Assembly: GCA_047967505.1 (NCBI GenBank)
Contig: CM106538.1
DNA: 64,000 bases
Strand: one strand, 5' to 3'
Source: Dipteris shenzhenensis
Taxonomy: Eukaryota
Shown: one piece after another, positions 26,305 to 38,772 of the stretch
Layout of the letters: the number at the start of each line of letters is the position of its first letter
Position numbering within the stretch: the stretch's first letter is position 1
The notes under the pieces: generated by a model
The model's input: only the letters and a program-made list of their open reading frames with translations
What the model was told of the DNA's origin: nothing
Database searches by the model: none
Translations under genes and position numbers: made by a program

Positions 26305-29300
26305 GTTTAGACCATAGATGCCCAACACCAACACCGTTATGAAAAATTAACGTTGATCCCCACACGTGTTCAAGTGTGTGCAACATAGTTCATTTTAAGA
26401 AAAAGACATGTATAAACCTATTTATGGGACAAGACTTGATATAGTGCTTGGGCATGATGTGACTTAGAGACATACCAAGTATCATTCCATTAGGAGGTAT
26501 AAAACCATGTATTTCACCTTACCCTAACAAAAATAATTATTGTCATCGCAGTGCAGCAAAGAAAGGGTTATCTAACCTAAAACAATATGCTACACTACTC
26601 CAAATGTAATACATCCTAGCCATCATCTTTATGCCATCATGTACTAGATTCCTACAAAGCTTTGTCTTCTTCTGACCATCGATGCCGAACATGGTTATGA
26701 AAAACCTTGAACATTGGTGACCTCATGTGTTGTAGAGTGCACGATGGGGATTTGTAAAATAAAAAGGCATGTATATACCTTTTTATGGTTCAAGATTTGG
26801 TATGGGACTTGGGTAAAATATTATTGGGAGTCATACCAATTCTCAGTCCATTACCAGATATAGAGAAATATATTTGAACTTACCCTATCAAAAATGTTTT
26901 AGTGTGTAGTATGGCAAAAAAAGCGTTGTCTACCATAAACCAATATGCTACACTACTTGAAATGAAATAAAAATTTAGCCTGTATTTATACAATCATATA
27001 TTAGAGTCATAACAAATTTCATCTTCTTTCGACCATCAATGTCCAACATGGTTATTGAAAATCAACGTTGGTGACCCACACATGTTCTAGTGTGTGCAAC
27101 AAGGTTATGTAAAACAAAAGGCCATGTATAGACCTATTTATGGGAAAATATTTGATCCGGTGCTTTGGTATAATATTAATGATAATCATACCAAGTCTCA
27201 GTCCATTATGAGATATACAGCCATGGATTTGACCTTACCTTAACCAAAATGTTTCTCACCACAGTGCAGCAAAGAAAGGGTTATCTAGCCTAAAACAATA
27301 TGCTACGCTACTCCAGATGCAATAGAGCCTATCCATAATCTTTTTGTCATCATCTAATAGATTCCTAAAAAGTTTTGTATTCTTCTGGCCATCGATGCCA
27401 CACATGGTTATGAAAAACTAACGTTGGTGACCCTCACATGTTGTAGTGTGTGTGACAAGGAATTGTAAACTAAAAAGGCATCTATAGAACTATTTATGGG
27501 ACAAGATTTGGTACAGTGCTTGGGTATAATGTTATTGAGAGTCTTGCCAATTCTCAGTCCATTAGGAGATATAGGGAAAAGGATTTGAACTTACCCTATC
27601 AAAAAAATTTCAACTTACGATGTGGCAAAAGAAGGGTTGTCTACCGTAAACCAATATGCTACACTACTCGAATTGAAATAAATCCTAGACCAAATATCTA
27701 TTACATCATGTATTAGAATCCTACCAAGTTGCATCTTGTTTCAACTATCGGTGTCTAATATGGTTATGAGAAACCAACGTTGTTGACCCACACATGTCCT
27801 ATGTGTGCGATGAGGTTCTTCAAACAAAAAATCCATGTATAGACCTATTTTTGGGACAAGATCTGGTACTGTGCTTGGGTAAATTTTATTGAGAGTCATA
27901 CCAATTCTCGTTCCAATACGAGATATAGAGAAAAGGATTTGAACTTACCCTATCAAACATGTTTCAGCTCGTAGTGTGGCAAAAGAAGGGTTGTCTACTA
28001 ATATAAACCAATATGCTACGCTACTTGAAATGAAATAAAACCTAAAAGAAATCTCTATTCCATCATGTTTTATAATCCTACCAAGTTGCATGTTGTTTTG
28101 ACTATTGGTGTCCAACATGTTATGAGAAACCAATGTTGATGACCCACACATGTTCTATGTGTGTGATGAGGTTCTTCAAACCAAAAATCCATGTATAAAC
28201 CTATTTATGGGACAAGATTTGGTATAATATGAATGACAAGCATACCAAGTCTCGATCAATTACAAGATATAGATCCATGGATTTGACCTTATCCTAGCAT
28301 ATATATTTCTCATCGCACTATGACAAAGAAAGGGTTCTCTACCCTAAAACAATATGCTACCTACTCAAAATGCAATAAAGCCTAGTATAATATTTATTAC
28401 ATCATGTATTAGATTCATAAAATGCTTTGTCTTTTTTTGACCATCGATGCCAAACATGGTTATGAAAAACCTTGAACATTAGCGACCCTCATGGGATTTG
28501 TAAAATCAAAAGACATGTACAAAACTATTTATGGGTCAATATTTTGTATGGGGCTTGTATAAAACTTTATTGAGACTGTGTCCATTACGAGATATAGAGC
28601 AATGGATTTAAACTTACCCTATCAAAAATGTTTCAGTCCCCAGTCTCGCAAAAAAAGTATTGTCTACCATAAACTAATATGCTACGCTACTTTAAATGAA
28701 ATAAAAACCTAGCCAAAATATGTATACCATCATATATTAGAGTTGTACCAAGTTTCATCTTATTTCGACCATCGATGTCCAACATGGTTATTGAAAACCA
28801 ACGTTGGTGACCCACATGTGTTCTAGTGTGTGCGACGAGATTCTTTAAAACAAAAGTCCATGTATAGACCTATTTATGGGACAAGATTTGATACGGTGTT
28901 TTGGTATAAGATTAATGAGAATCATACCATTGATTTGACCATACCCTAACAAAAATATCTCTTGTCACAGTGCGGAAAATAAAGGGTTATCTAGCCTAAA
29001 ACAATATGCTATGCTATTCCAAATGCAATAGAGCCTAACCATAGTATTTATGCCATCATCTAGTAGATTCCTATAAATTTTTGTCTTCTTCTAACCATCG
29101 ATGCCGCACATGGTTATTAAAAACCAATGTTGCTGACACTCACATGTTGTAGTGTGCTTGAGGGGGATTTGTATGTGGTCCCATGCCTACCATGGATGAA
29201 TTTTTCCTCTTAGTTTTGTTAAGAAGCAAAACTTTTATATTGGAGTCGAAAGTTTGTATGCCCTAATAAAAATAAAGGATTGAAACATTCGCCAAAATTT

Positions 29301-29483
29301 GAAACTTCTATGGGAAAAAATTTAAAATTTCGCCAAGATTTACAATTTTTTCTTCAAATTTTAAAAGAATATACATAAAGTTGTAATATGTTCTATTGAT
29401 ATTATGAAACTAAAAAAGACTAGCTTGATAAACTTTCGCCAGGATTTTATATTAATATACAGGTACAGCTTCGATAAAAACAT

Positions 29484-30352
29484 CCATGATGCCTACATGG
29501 TCATTGGGTGAGGCTGAATACTATGTGATGTTCATTGATGATGCAACTAGGAAAGTATGGTCTTATGATATAGCTTGAAAGAGAGATGTGTTCTAGGTGT
29601 TTCAGAAATGGCTGGCTTTGGTTGAAAATCACTCAGGTAGAACACTTAAATGCCTACAGACTGACAATGGTGGAGAGTATCTCTCTCATGACTTTCAACA
29701 TTTCTGTGATACATTGGGATCAAGAGGGAGCTTACGTCCCCTCGTACTCTAGAGAAAAATCAAGTTGCATAACAGATGAACCGCACCATTCAGAAAAGGT
29801 TACAATGTATGCTTTCCAATGCAAGTCTTTTTGGTGGTTTCTGGGCTGAGGCAATGAAGACTACAATGCATGTGATCAATAGATCACCTAGTAAGAGTTT
29901 GGATGGTGGTATCCCTGAAGAGGCATGGAGTGGCAAGAAGCCCTTTTACTCTCATTTGCGTATACTTGGTTGTGCGGCATACGCACATGTGCCAAAAGAG
30001 CTTCAAAAGAAGCTAGATCCTAAGACTAGGAAATGCATCTTTTTGGGTTATGGTGAAAGTGGAGAGATGGGCTATCATCTTTGGGATCCAGAAGCAAAGA
30101 AAATCAAGCAAAGCCATGATGTGGTCTTCAATGAGAAGAAGATGCATAAGACACCCATGAGGGATGTGGAAATGAGAAGAATCACTTTGCAAGATGTGAA
30201 TCCACCTGCATATGTGGATTGACAGTAAGCTGTCCATGTACCAAATGTGCAGGAAATGGTGCTCCCAGGTACTCCCATAGGTACACAATTGAGGGAAAAT
30301 GATGGATCATCTATTGGTAGCAATGATGAGCGAAATGTGGCTGATCTATAGG
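29484..30352 (+). mobile_element. Isolated integrase fragment of the copia family at 38773-42359/58515-60767
   Basis: MNRTIQKRLQCMLSNASLFGGFWAEA...SHLRILGCAAYAHVPKELQKKLDPK is near-identical to both halves of the split element. No LTRs. Confidence 0.93.
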
Positions 30353-30552
30353 CATGACTTTTGAGCTAGGATACTACCATGTGGTAGCTTCCTCATGGGG
30401 CTTATGCAACCACTCCATCATTGTGCAGTGTTTGGAGGTGAGTATCACAATATATACATTGTGTCGTTTTGCTTAATCCAATGATGATTATTGAATAAAA
30501 TCTCTCTCTCTCTCTCTCTCTCCCCACTCCCCACTCTCTTCTTCCCTCTCAC

Positions 30553-31555
30553 ACCTCGGAGTTGTTTTTGGGCATGCGTGCAATGAGGGATGCCCAATTA
30601 GATACGTGTAGGTTTGAATAACAAATCTTGAGGCATGTTTTTTTATGATTATAGAAGACAATACGTGAAAAACATGGTTTGATGCATGATCGACCATACA
30701 AACCACATTCAATGGGAATGATACTTTGCACATTCCTCATCATAGGTGAGATTGATGCATGTCAATCCCACCTATGTTGAGGCACGTGCAAAGTATCGTG
30801 CCCATCGGATGTGGTTCTCATGGTTGATCACGAGTTAACGCACCTCGAGGTGTGTTTTTTGACGATTATGCATGACACTAGGTGAAAAACATGGTTTAAT
30901 GTGTGATCAACCATACAAACCACATCTAATGGGCATGATACTTTGCACCTACCTCAAAATAGGTGGGATTTATGTGTGCACAAAGCTGGATGCCTATTGG
31001 ATACATGCGCCTTCAAATAACAGACCTTGGAGCATGTTTTTTGACGATTGTGCATGACACCCTAAGGTGAAAAACATGGTTTGATGGGTGATCGACCATG
31101 CAAACTATACCCGATGGGCACAACACTTTGCACGTGCCTCGACATAGGTGGGATTGATTCATGTGCAAAGACGGGTCCTCATGCACAATCATAAAAAAAC
31201 ATGCTCCTAGGTGTGTTATTCAAAGGTGCCCGATGGGCATCCCGCTTTGCATGCATGTCAATCCCGCCTATGTTGAGGTAGGTGCAAAGTATCGTGCTGA
31301 TCGGATATGGTTCGCATGGTCAGATCACCCATCAAACCATGTTTTTCACCTTAGATTGTCATCAAAAATCATTAAAAAACCACGCTCTGAGGTGTGTTAT
31401 TCGAAGGCACACCTATGTTGAGGCACTTGAAAAGTACCATGCCCATCAAATGTGGTGCGTATGGTCGATCACGCTTAAATCCATGTTTTTCACCTAGTGT
31501 CCTACACAATTGTCAAAAAACCCGCTTCCATGTGTGTTATTCGCACATGCATGTA
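30553..31555. repeat. Foldback array of ~185-bp units in both orientations
   Basis: GTGAAAAACATGGTTT...GATACTTTGCAC..CCTC..CATAGGTG.GATT reads forward at ~30665, 30882 and 31067. Its reverse complement starts at ~30761, 31257 and 31410. Confidence 0.85.
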
Positions 31556-33129
31556 CTCCAAGAATTGTGCTTGCAAATCGCCTCTAGAAAAGCCTAGCAC
31601 CTTTTCAATCATGATTTCACTGATGTTAATATTATGACATTGACAAACAATATATGCATCCTTCATGTTCACTTCATCTATCAACTTGGTGAAGCTGGAG
31701 AGAGAATCCAAATCAGGATTTCTAAGACTGTGTGAGGATCTCTCGTATTTCATGAGATCAAGATTAGGGAAGGAACAAATGTGTGAGTATCTCTCACATT
31801 TCACAATTTCAAGGCTGGGGTAGGAAAGGTTGTGTGAGATGCTCTCGGATTGTATAGAGATGGAGTAGAAGTACGACACATTTGGGTGGGGATCCATTGT
31901 GAGAGGGGATAGAAACTGCAAGAAGACTGCAATAGAGAAATTGCAACCCAAGACATGCATGCACCACAACAACTATTATCATGAAGGAAAACATTGACAA
32001 CTTGGCTTTGATACAAGGATTATGTTCATGTTTTCATGAATGCATTAATGGGTTATTAGCATTCATTGATTACTCTTTAAAGTAGCATGAAAACAATGTG
32101 ATCACATTGTTTACTAGAAAGAATCACCAAGAAATCGGATAAAACTACTGCCGGTAGTACTTATATAACCAGTAGTAGTAATAACATTACTAGAGGTAAT
32201 GTTCATTATCCAGGTAGTATAAATATCGGCAGTAATATACACCGCCGAGATAATAAACATTACCATCAGTAATGTTAGTGGTAGTATCTTATGTACTGAC
32301 GATGCTGTGGGTTGCAGATTCCCAGTTTCCCACGTAGCCCGATGCTACATTTTGGTGGAAATGGCGATAGAGGCTCGTCATTCGATTTGGTTGTGGTTCA
32401 TATTTTGATAAACCCTTTGGTAAGTTGGAAAAGAAAGTGAACCACAATTTGGATCTAAATAGTTATAAGGCTAAGTGGGGGAGATTGAGTCAGCATTCAT
32501 TATGCTTGTGGGTGTGGTTTGCTCCTCCAATTCCTTACGTCTTGGGGAAATTGTAGACCACAAACACGAGGGCTAGTGGATGCGATTGTTTGTTGTGTGT
32601 TCTTGAGGGTGGTCTATACTCCGCCTCCTTGCATTTTGGGAAACTTGTGGACCACGATCATGAGTGCCAATGAATGCCATTGTTAGTGAGGAGTCTTGGC
32701 TCTTAAGCTAAGGGCCTTAGGTATGGAGAAAAGGGGGAGATGAGATGGTAATGATTTGAGTAGAAATAGGGCACATGTTGTGACTATGAGTGCACAATAA
32801 AAAATTCCTGAAACTAGAAATGCTCATCCACAATCTTCAAGACGAATTGTGACTAGGCAAACTATGGATGCATCGAGTCATGCCCATGCCAATATTCATA
32901 TGCCTAAAAATGTTCCAAGGGTTGAGCAAGGAGTTGCAAAAGAGGATCTCATTGTCGAAATAGGCACTACCCCAATGCTTGACCCACCCTGTGAGGTTGT
33001 TAACCAAGATACAAGGAGAGGATTTATGCGGGTGTCACAATCCTCTCAAAGAGATATTCCATGTGCACAACATAAGTCACATGGTCCAAAATTGGACTTT
33101 GTCATTAATGTTCGTGACTATGTTGAATG

Positions 33130-34325
33130 AAAATGCAAGTATTGTGGAATACAAAAATCTGGGGGAGCTACTCGCATAAGGGACCACTTGGTTGATTTTT
33201 TGTGCTCTAGATATATTTAGGCACCACTTGCTTGGTGACTCAAGAAAGAGCATTCAGCATTGTGCAGCCCCAGGAGCTGTTGTTGCAACTTGCACCTTGA
33301 CAGAGAAGTTCCAATCTTCTGGAAAACTATGAAGATCAATTTAGGAAAGTCAAGGTGCAAATGGAGTAGAGTCTGTAAGCATATAGAGTGACAGAAGTAC
33401 AACTGTTGCAGGCTCCCATGCCAAAACTCCTTGTGTGGACAGTAGCATGCAAGATAGATCACCACCTATGGCTCATGAAGCTAGATCAGCAATCGAAGCC
33501 ATAGGTGGCGATCTATCATGAAGCAAGCTCACAATCCATTGCATAGTGTTGGGTACCTTTTAGAACTCGAGTGGTGGAATATAAAGCTCAAAGAGATCCC
33601 AATTGTTATGCATGACTTTCATAAGGTGGTGCGACAATATTATCCCCAAAACCATGAGTTTGCAAAGTGTTGGAACGAGTTAGCCAAGTATTGATGCAAG
33701 GAGGGGTTGTTTGCATCGAGCGATGTTCAAGCATTGGTAGAAACTACATCTTCTTGGAAATGGTGGATGATGAATGGTGGCACGTGTGAGATTCTACTTC
33801 CGATTGCAATGAGGGTTCTTTCTCAAACATGCTCAAAATCGGGCTCATAAAGAAACTGGAGTCATTAGAAGTGCATTCATAGTACTTTACAAAATAGACT
33901 TCTAGAGGATCGGACTGAGAAGTTAGTGGACATCTATGCCAATCATAAAATCCTGGAAACATTAGGAGGTGTGGGATATGAGAAGAAACTTACAAAATGG
34001 ACCTACGATATCCCGCTTGATGCTATCCAACTTGAAGCATTCCCATCGTTGCAGATTCCAGAACCCTAAGAAGAGGATGAAACTAGCCTAAGGACAAAAT
34101 GGACCTACGATATCCCACCTGATGCTATCCAACCTGAAGCATTCCCATCGTTGCAGATTCCAGAACCCTAAGAAGAGGATGAAACTAGGACTGATGGTGC
34201 AACATCCGAGGAAGATAGCGATGAGGAGGATGAATCTGATGAAGATGAAGGAAATAATATTCGCCTTCCACATGGGTCTAAAGATTAGGACATTGATGAC
34301 AAACATGATGAGGATAGTGACTCAT
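33130..34325 (+). mobile_element. Internally deleted hAT transposase remnant
   Basis: BED finger KCKYCGIQKSGGATRIRDHL (~33131-33190), then PLHSVGYLL (~33535), SWKWWMMNG and NWS...IHS..NRL..RTEKLVDIYAN (dimerization region). The DDE core is absent. A ~104-bp tandem duplication spans 33991-34188. Confidence 0.8.
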
Positions 34326-34757
34326 GAATTGTGGCAATGATGGCGATAGGGTTTTGAATGTCTCATTGTATTCTAAATGTGTTCTTGTTTTTTGATTGCA
34401 GGTTGCGGTTTAGGGTGGGATAAGAATTTTTCACTGTATAGTATTGTCTCGTCGCATTCTATCGATGGGTGGCAATATGATATTGTCTCATCGTTCATTG
34501 TAAATATCTTGTGTTTAGGGTTTGGGATTTAAAGACTTGATTCTTCCGTGTCACCATTGCATAGGCCTCTAGGTGGTAATGCCAATTGTCGTGCTATTGA
34601 CCAAGTTCATTTGCTCAAGAGCACACAAACTAGCATACCATTCACCATCATATGTAATAGAAGCCTATGCGATGACGCGTGGAAGAAGCATATGCAAAGT
34701 GATATTTCTTGTCTTTGGTAACATTCTTTTTTAATGACTTTAGAGATAAGTTTTAAT

Positions 34758-34758
34758 T

Positions 34759-34827
<69 letters not shown>
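34758..34827. repeat. (GA)n microsatellite
   Basis: Directly visible. Confidence 0.98.
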
Positions 34828-34831
<4 letters not shown>

Positions 34832-34906
34832 TGATGAAAGTGCATATAATTATATTTCAATGGCAAATAGAAAATGATTTTAAAGTTTACTTTATATAGT
34901 TTGTCA

Positions 34907-35510
34907 TGTTGAGAGTTCACGCTCAACATCATGTGATCATGTGTGCATAGCACCATCACGTGATCATATGTGCATAGCACTAACCTTATAGAGTGCTATA
35001 AAGGAAAGGGTTAGATCCCCTAACCCTAACCCTAAAAGGGTTTGTATATATTCTATTTTTTCAACTAAATCTAGTGTACAGTTAGTCATTTGTGGTGTGC
35101 TCTCTAGCTGTTCCCTCTCTCCTCATCTCCACTCTTCTCCTCTCCCCTCTTCATATTTTGTCATGGTATCAGAGCTTCCTTATCTTCCGCTGAGACATTG
35201 AGTTTCTTGAGAGTGTGAGAGAGATTGTGAGATTGAGAGTTCTCTTGAGTGATTGTGAGATCCTTCCCTTCACTTCCGTTGAGAGAAAATTCCATCCATT
35301 TGGTGAGATATTTCTTTTCATCTCCTTCAAGAGTTTGTGAGAGATTTGATTCTTCTTCTTAAGAGAAATAGAGAGAAAGTTTCCATCCACTATTCTTGAG
35401 GTGTGAGAAAGAGATAGATTTCTGTTTGAGAGAGAACGAGAGAGATTTATTTCCTTGAGAGTCTTTGAGAGAGAGATTTGTGAGAGTCTCTCGTCTTGCT
35501 TCTACTCTAG
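34907..35510 (+). mobile_element. 5' LTR (34907-35163), PBS and GA-rich leader of another LTR family
   Basis: A TG...CA-bounded segment is directly followed by TGGTATCAGAGC (35164-35175). The LTR start is inferred from TGTTGAG at 34907. Confidence 0.7.
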
Positions 35511-35545
35511 CGCATAGAGGGTTTATACATAGTGACCCCCTCGAG

Positions 35546-36592
35546 TGCGAGGCAGTGTGGTTGAGGAGGATTTTGGGGGACATGGGTGCAGTGCAGAACA
35601 AGCCTACACAGTTATCATGTGACAATCAGAGTTGCATGGCGATTGTAAAGAACCTTGTGTTCCACGCTTGCACAAAACACATTGAGATTCAATATCACTT
35701 TGTACGCGAGCTCATCATGGATGGAGAGATTGACTTGGTGTACTGTCTGACTATAGAGAATGCTGCGGACATCTTCACGAAGGCTCTTGGAAGAGAATTG
35801 CTGGAGAGGCATCTTCATCGACTTGGCATTGGACCGAAAAAGTAAGTTCACTTGTGGGTGAACATTGAGGGGGGGTGTTAGATATCAATGCTCCACTCTC
35901 GTGTAACTATGCGGGAACTAGCTAACTCTACTTGTAAGCCCCCCATATGAGGAGAAGGCATTTGAGTAGCTCGGTTATTCGGTGGGTCTTGGTTTGGACA
36001 CCAGATGGGGGCCATGTGTGGCCTGATGGCTAGATGGAGCTGGCACACTGCCAACTAGGCTACATGCAAGTGCGGGAAGGCATCCCATGACTAATCGCAC
36101 TGAGGGTAGATGGAGCATTTCCCGGGGCAGCCCACTCTCGAGTTGCAGGGCCCGTTTGGAGTCCCATATGATTCTGGATGGCTATGGGCCGAACGGTGAC
36201 CGTAGGTTAGTTGCTCTATTTTATGCACCGGTTCTATCGTGTGGTCGGTGGCCTATTTCGAGATTGACCCCCAGTCGGCTGTTTTGGGTGGACTGGTTCG
36301 GTCACCCATTGAACCTAACCGACTATGACTGGTGGCTATATAAGAGCAAGCCCGTGAAGCCCATTTTATCACTGGCTACAGCAACCCTGATTCCTTAGCA
36401 TCCAGCCTCCGTCCTCTACTGTTTCCAGCTTGCCATCGAAGCTTCTTTCACAGGAGTGCACAGTTGGGAGGCAGCGCCATCTATTGTATCAGTTCTACAG
36501 TAATCAAAATTTTGATTCTCCATACTATCTGTTTTTTACTCTTGCGTACGAGATCCTGTTATCTGTTGAGCACAGACGTATTGTTTTCTTAA
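35546..36592 (+). mobile_element. 3' end (RNase H, PPT, 3' LTR 35876-36592) of the same copia family as 18524-23699
   Basis: CEAVWLRRILGDMG...HLHRLGIGPKK matches 19220-19515. The LTR is a reverse-complement match to 22979-23699. Confidence 0.96.
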
Positions 36593-36779
36593 GTAGTATG
36601 ATATGACAGTAGAGCAAACTTAATATGAACTACAAAAATTACTACAATAGTACACAATCACTAAAAACTAGGGCTAATAGTATGATATGACAGCAGTACC
36701 TAAACAGTAATAATATAATAGTACATAATTAAAACTAATAGTACTATAAATTGTTAAAGTTTCTTACTATGGAGCATCC

Positions 36780-38628
36780 TTGAGAGAAACAAGATGCCTT
36801 TGTATAACAAAAAGCAGCCCGGGCAGCTAAAAATACAAAACGCACATAAAAATATGTAAGAGACATTGCAAAAATACATGCTCAACAATAGTTCTTATAG
36901 AGAAATGTTTGCATAAAAGATTCCAGACACCACTTGATTCCCAATGTTGAAGACATTACCCTAGCCATCCATCTCTTTCTCTATGAGGAATGTTTTTGAT
37001 TTTGAGCACAGCACCAATAATAATCCTCATTATCTTCATTTGTAGGGGACCCTAGTACTGCAAAATGGTCACCCATCTGAAGCATGTCAACCAGCTGGTC
37101 TCTATCCATTGCATATGTTACAGATTCCTTCTCCATGTTTGATGCAGTCTGTCCATTGATGGGCTCCAGCTTGTTCAAGGTCCATGGACTTGCATGAGAT
37201 AAATTGGTGCACTTATCCCATGTTTCATCCATGCAGAATGAACAAAAGCATGACAAATGTCTAAACAAGGCTTGCGTGGGATCTTTGTTACTAAAACCTA
37301 ATATGCAGTGTGTTGAACGACTTCCTTTGATGGTCTGGCAGTTCCATGCTTTAGACCTGTCAACATCACCAACCTTTACTTCTACGAAGAGCCTTTGTTT
37401 AGAATCATCTCCCATCTTCCATGCCAACCATTCCACAACATCGTGTGCATTTTGTAGCTTTGTGCCATTTACATCCAATTGCTCACTGGTTAGTGCACGC
37501 TTTATAATTGCACCAGCCCCATCATGTTCTCCCTTGCCACCATGACCACTTCCAAAAAGTTCCACATCATCCGAATGCTAGTCAAAGAGCAATACCTAGC
37601 ATAACAAACAACAGATATATTGCATTTTAAAATATGCAACATCTTCAGCATGATGTAGAAAATAAGGGGGCAGTGTCCAATGTCTTACCTTGCAACAAAG
37701 TAAAATGGGCGAGCAGCCTTGAACTGAGATGCTGCCCCATCTGACCAAAGCCAGTGTCTTTTAAACTTCAAGCCTTTATACACCAATCATTGATGGTGGA
37801 GCATAAAGCAATGCTGCACAAATAGTGTGTCATGTTCTTTGTCATGTGAAATGTAAAAAATGGATTGCTTTTTTATCTCGCTCGTCTCCTTCCAATAGCA
37901 AATATGAACCAAGATGGTCACTTGGTATGCCAATGCATTGATTGAACCTCATTCTGCACTTTGAATGTATAGTTCTCTGTAGAGTCAACCATTGAAAGCA
38001 CCACATCATCAGGAAAATTTGTGGTGCACTCTTTGAATTGAGAGTGTTGCCAGTAACTACGGAAGTTGTGAGTGATAAACACATTTAAGTGTTGCAAGTA
38101 TTGAGGGATGATGATGGATGGAGGAGTTTCCTTGTATAAGAATTTTATTCTTTTCTTTGCATCATCTTTTCTCGTATCTTCGGTGACATATTCATACGTA
38201 TTCCATCTTATCAATGCACCATTTGCATCATCCAACTCACATGGGCAAAACAATGGTTGTGGGCACTTGTCACATTTGCGTAATAAGCATTCAAGCTTGT
38301 GCCATTTAGCATCCTCTTCCTTTGGCCATACTGCCAAACGCCACATTTTAGACACATAAGAACAACTGCTGGTGTGGGCAACACACGTGTCCTCCCCTTG
38401 GGGCCTACAAACCTTGCATACGCAGTCACACATATGTCCATGCAAAAATGTGCTATTCTGACTCATGGAATTCACTGCTAGTCGGAACAAGTCTATTATT
38501 GTATGGTAAATACAACAAGTATTCCTTTCCTTCAGTTTTTTAATGAAATAGGGCTTCAGATTCTGAAAAGAACGGAAACCAATATCTATGGAAAGATGCT
38601 CCTCCTTGAAATTAAGGAAGAATTTGGC
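36780..38628 (-). mobile_element. Decayed, intron-containing Sola2-like DDD transposase, 5'-truncated
   Basis: Motifs LKPYF...TCCIYH, C..C clusters, VDSTENY, WLWSDGAASQFK and FGSGHG(G)KGEHDGAGAIIKR. In-frame GT-AG intron at 37688-37596 and a further acceptor at 38629. Confidence 0.8.
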
Positions 38629-38700
38629 CTGCAAAATCAATCATCAACAATCAATATTATTTAAACCTAGATAGTAAACAAAAAAAACTATAAACACACT

Positions 38701-38772
38701 ATTCAAAATTTTTGGACTTGTGTAAAGTCCAATTTGAGAAATGGACTAAAAAACAGTCCAAAAATTTTGAAT
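38701..38772. repeat. 72-bp hairpin with perfect 18-bp arms
   Basis: ATTCAAAATTTTTGGACT (38701-38718) pairs with AGTCCAAAAATTTTGAAT (38755-38772). Confidence 0.95.

Larger units (their letters stand above)
23795..29172. repeat. ~355-bp satellite, ~9-10 monomers, interrupted by the LTR element at 24193-26304
   Basis: The anchor C(C)TATTTATGGG recurs at ~23939, 26419, 26779, 27134, 27490, 27844, 28201, 28525 and 28870. Confidence 0.93.

Noticed and set aside
31560-32015. Minus-strand 156-aa ORF following a PBS-like sequence
   Set aside because: The PBS is imperfect, no LTR could be delimited, and the protein similarity is too weak to name.
35010-35045. TAACCCTAACCCTAAA telomere-like motif
   Set aside because: Only 2-3 units inside a probable LTR. 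This is at most a telo-box, not an interstitial telomere.
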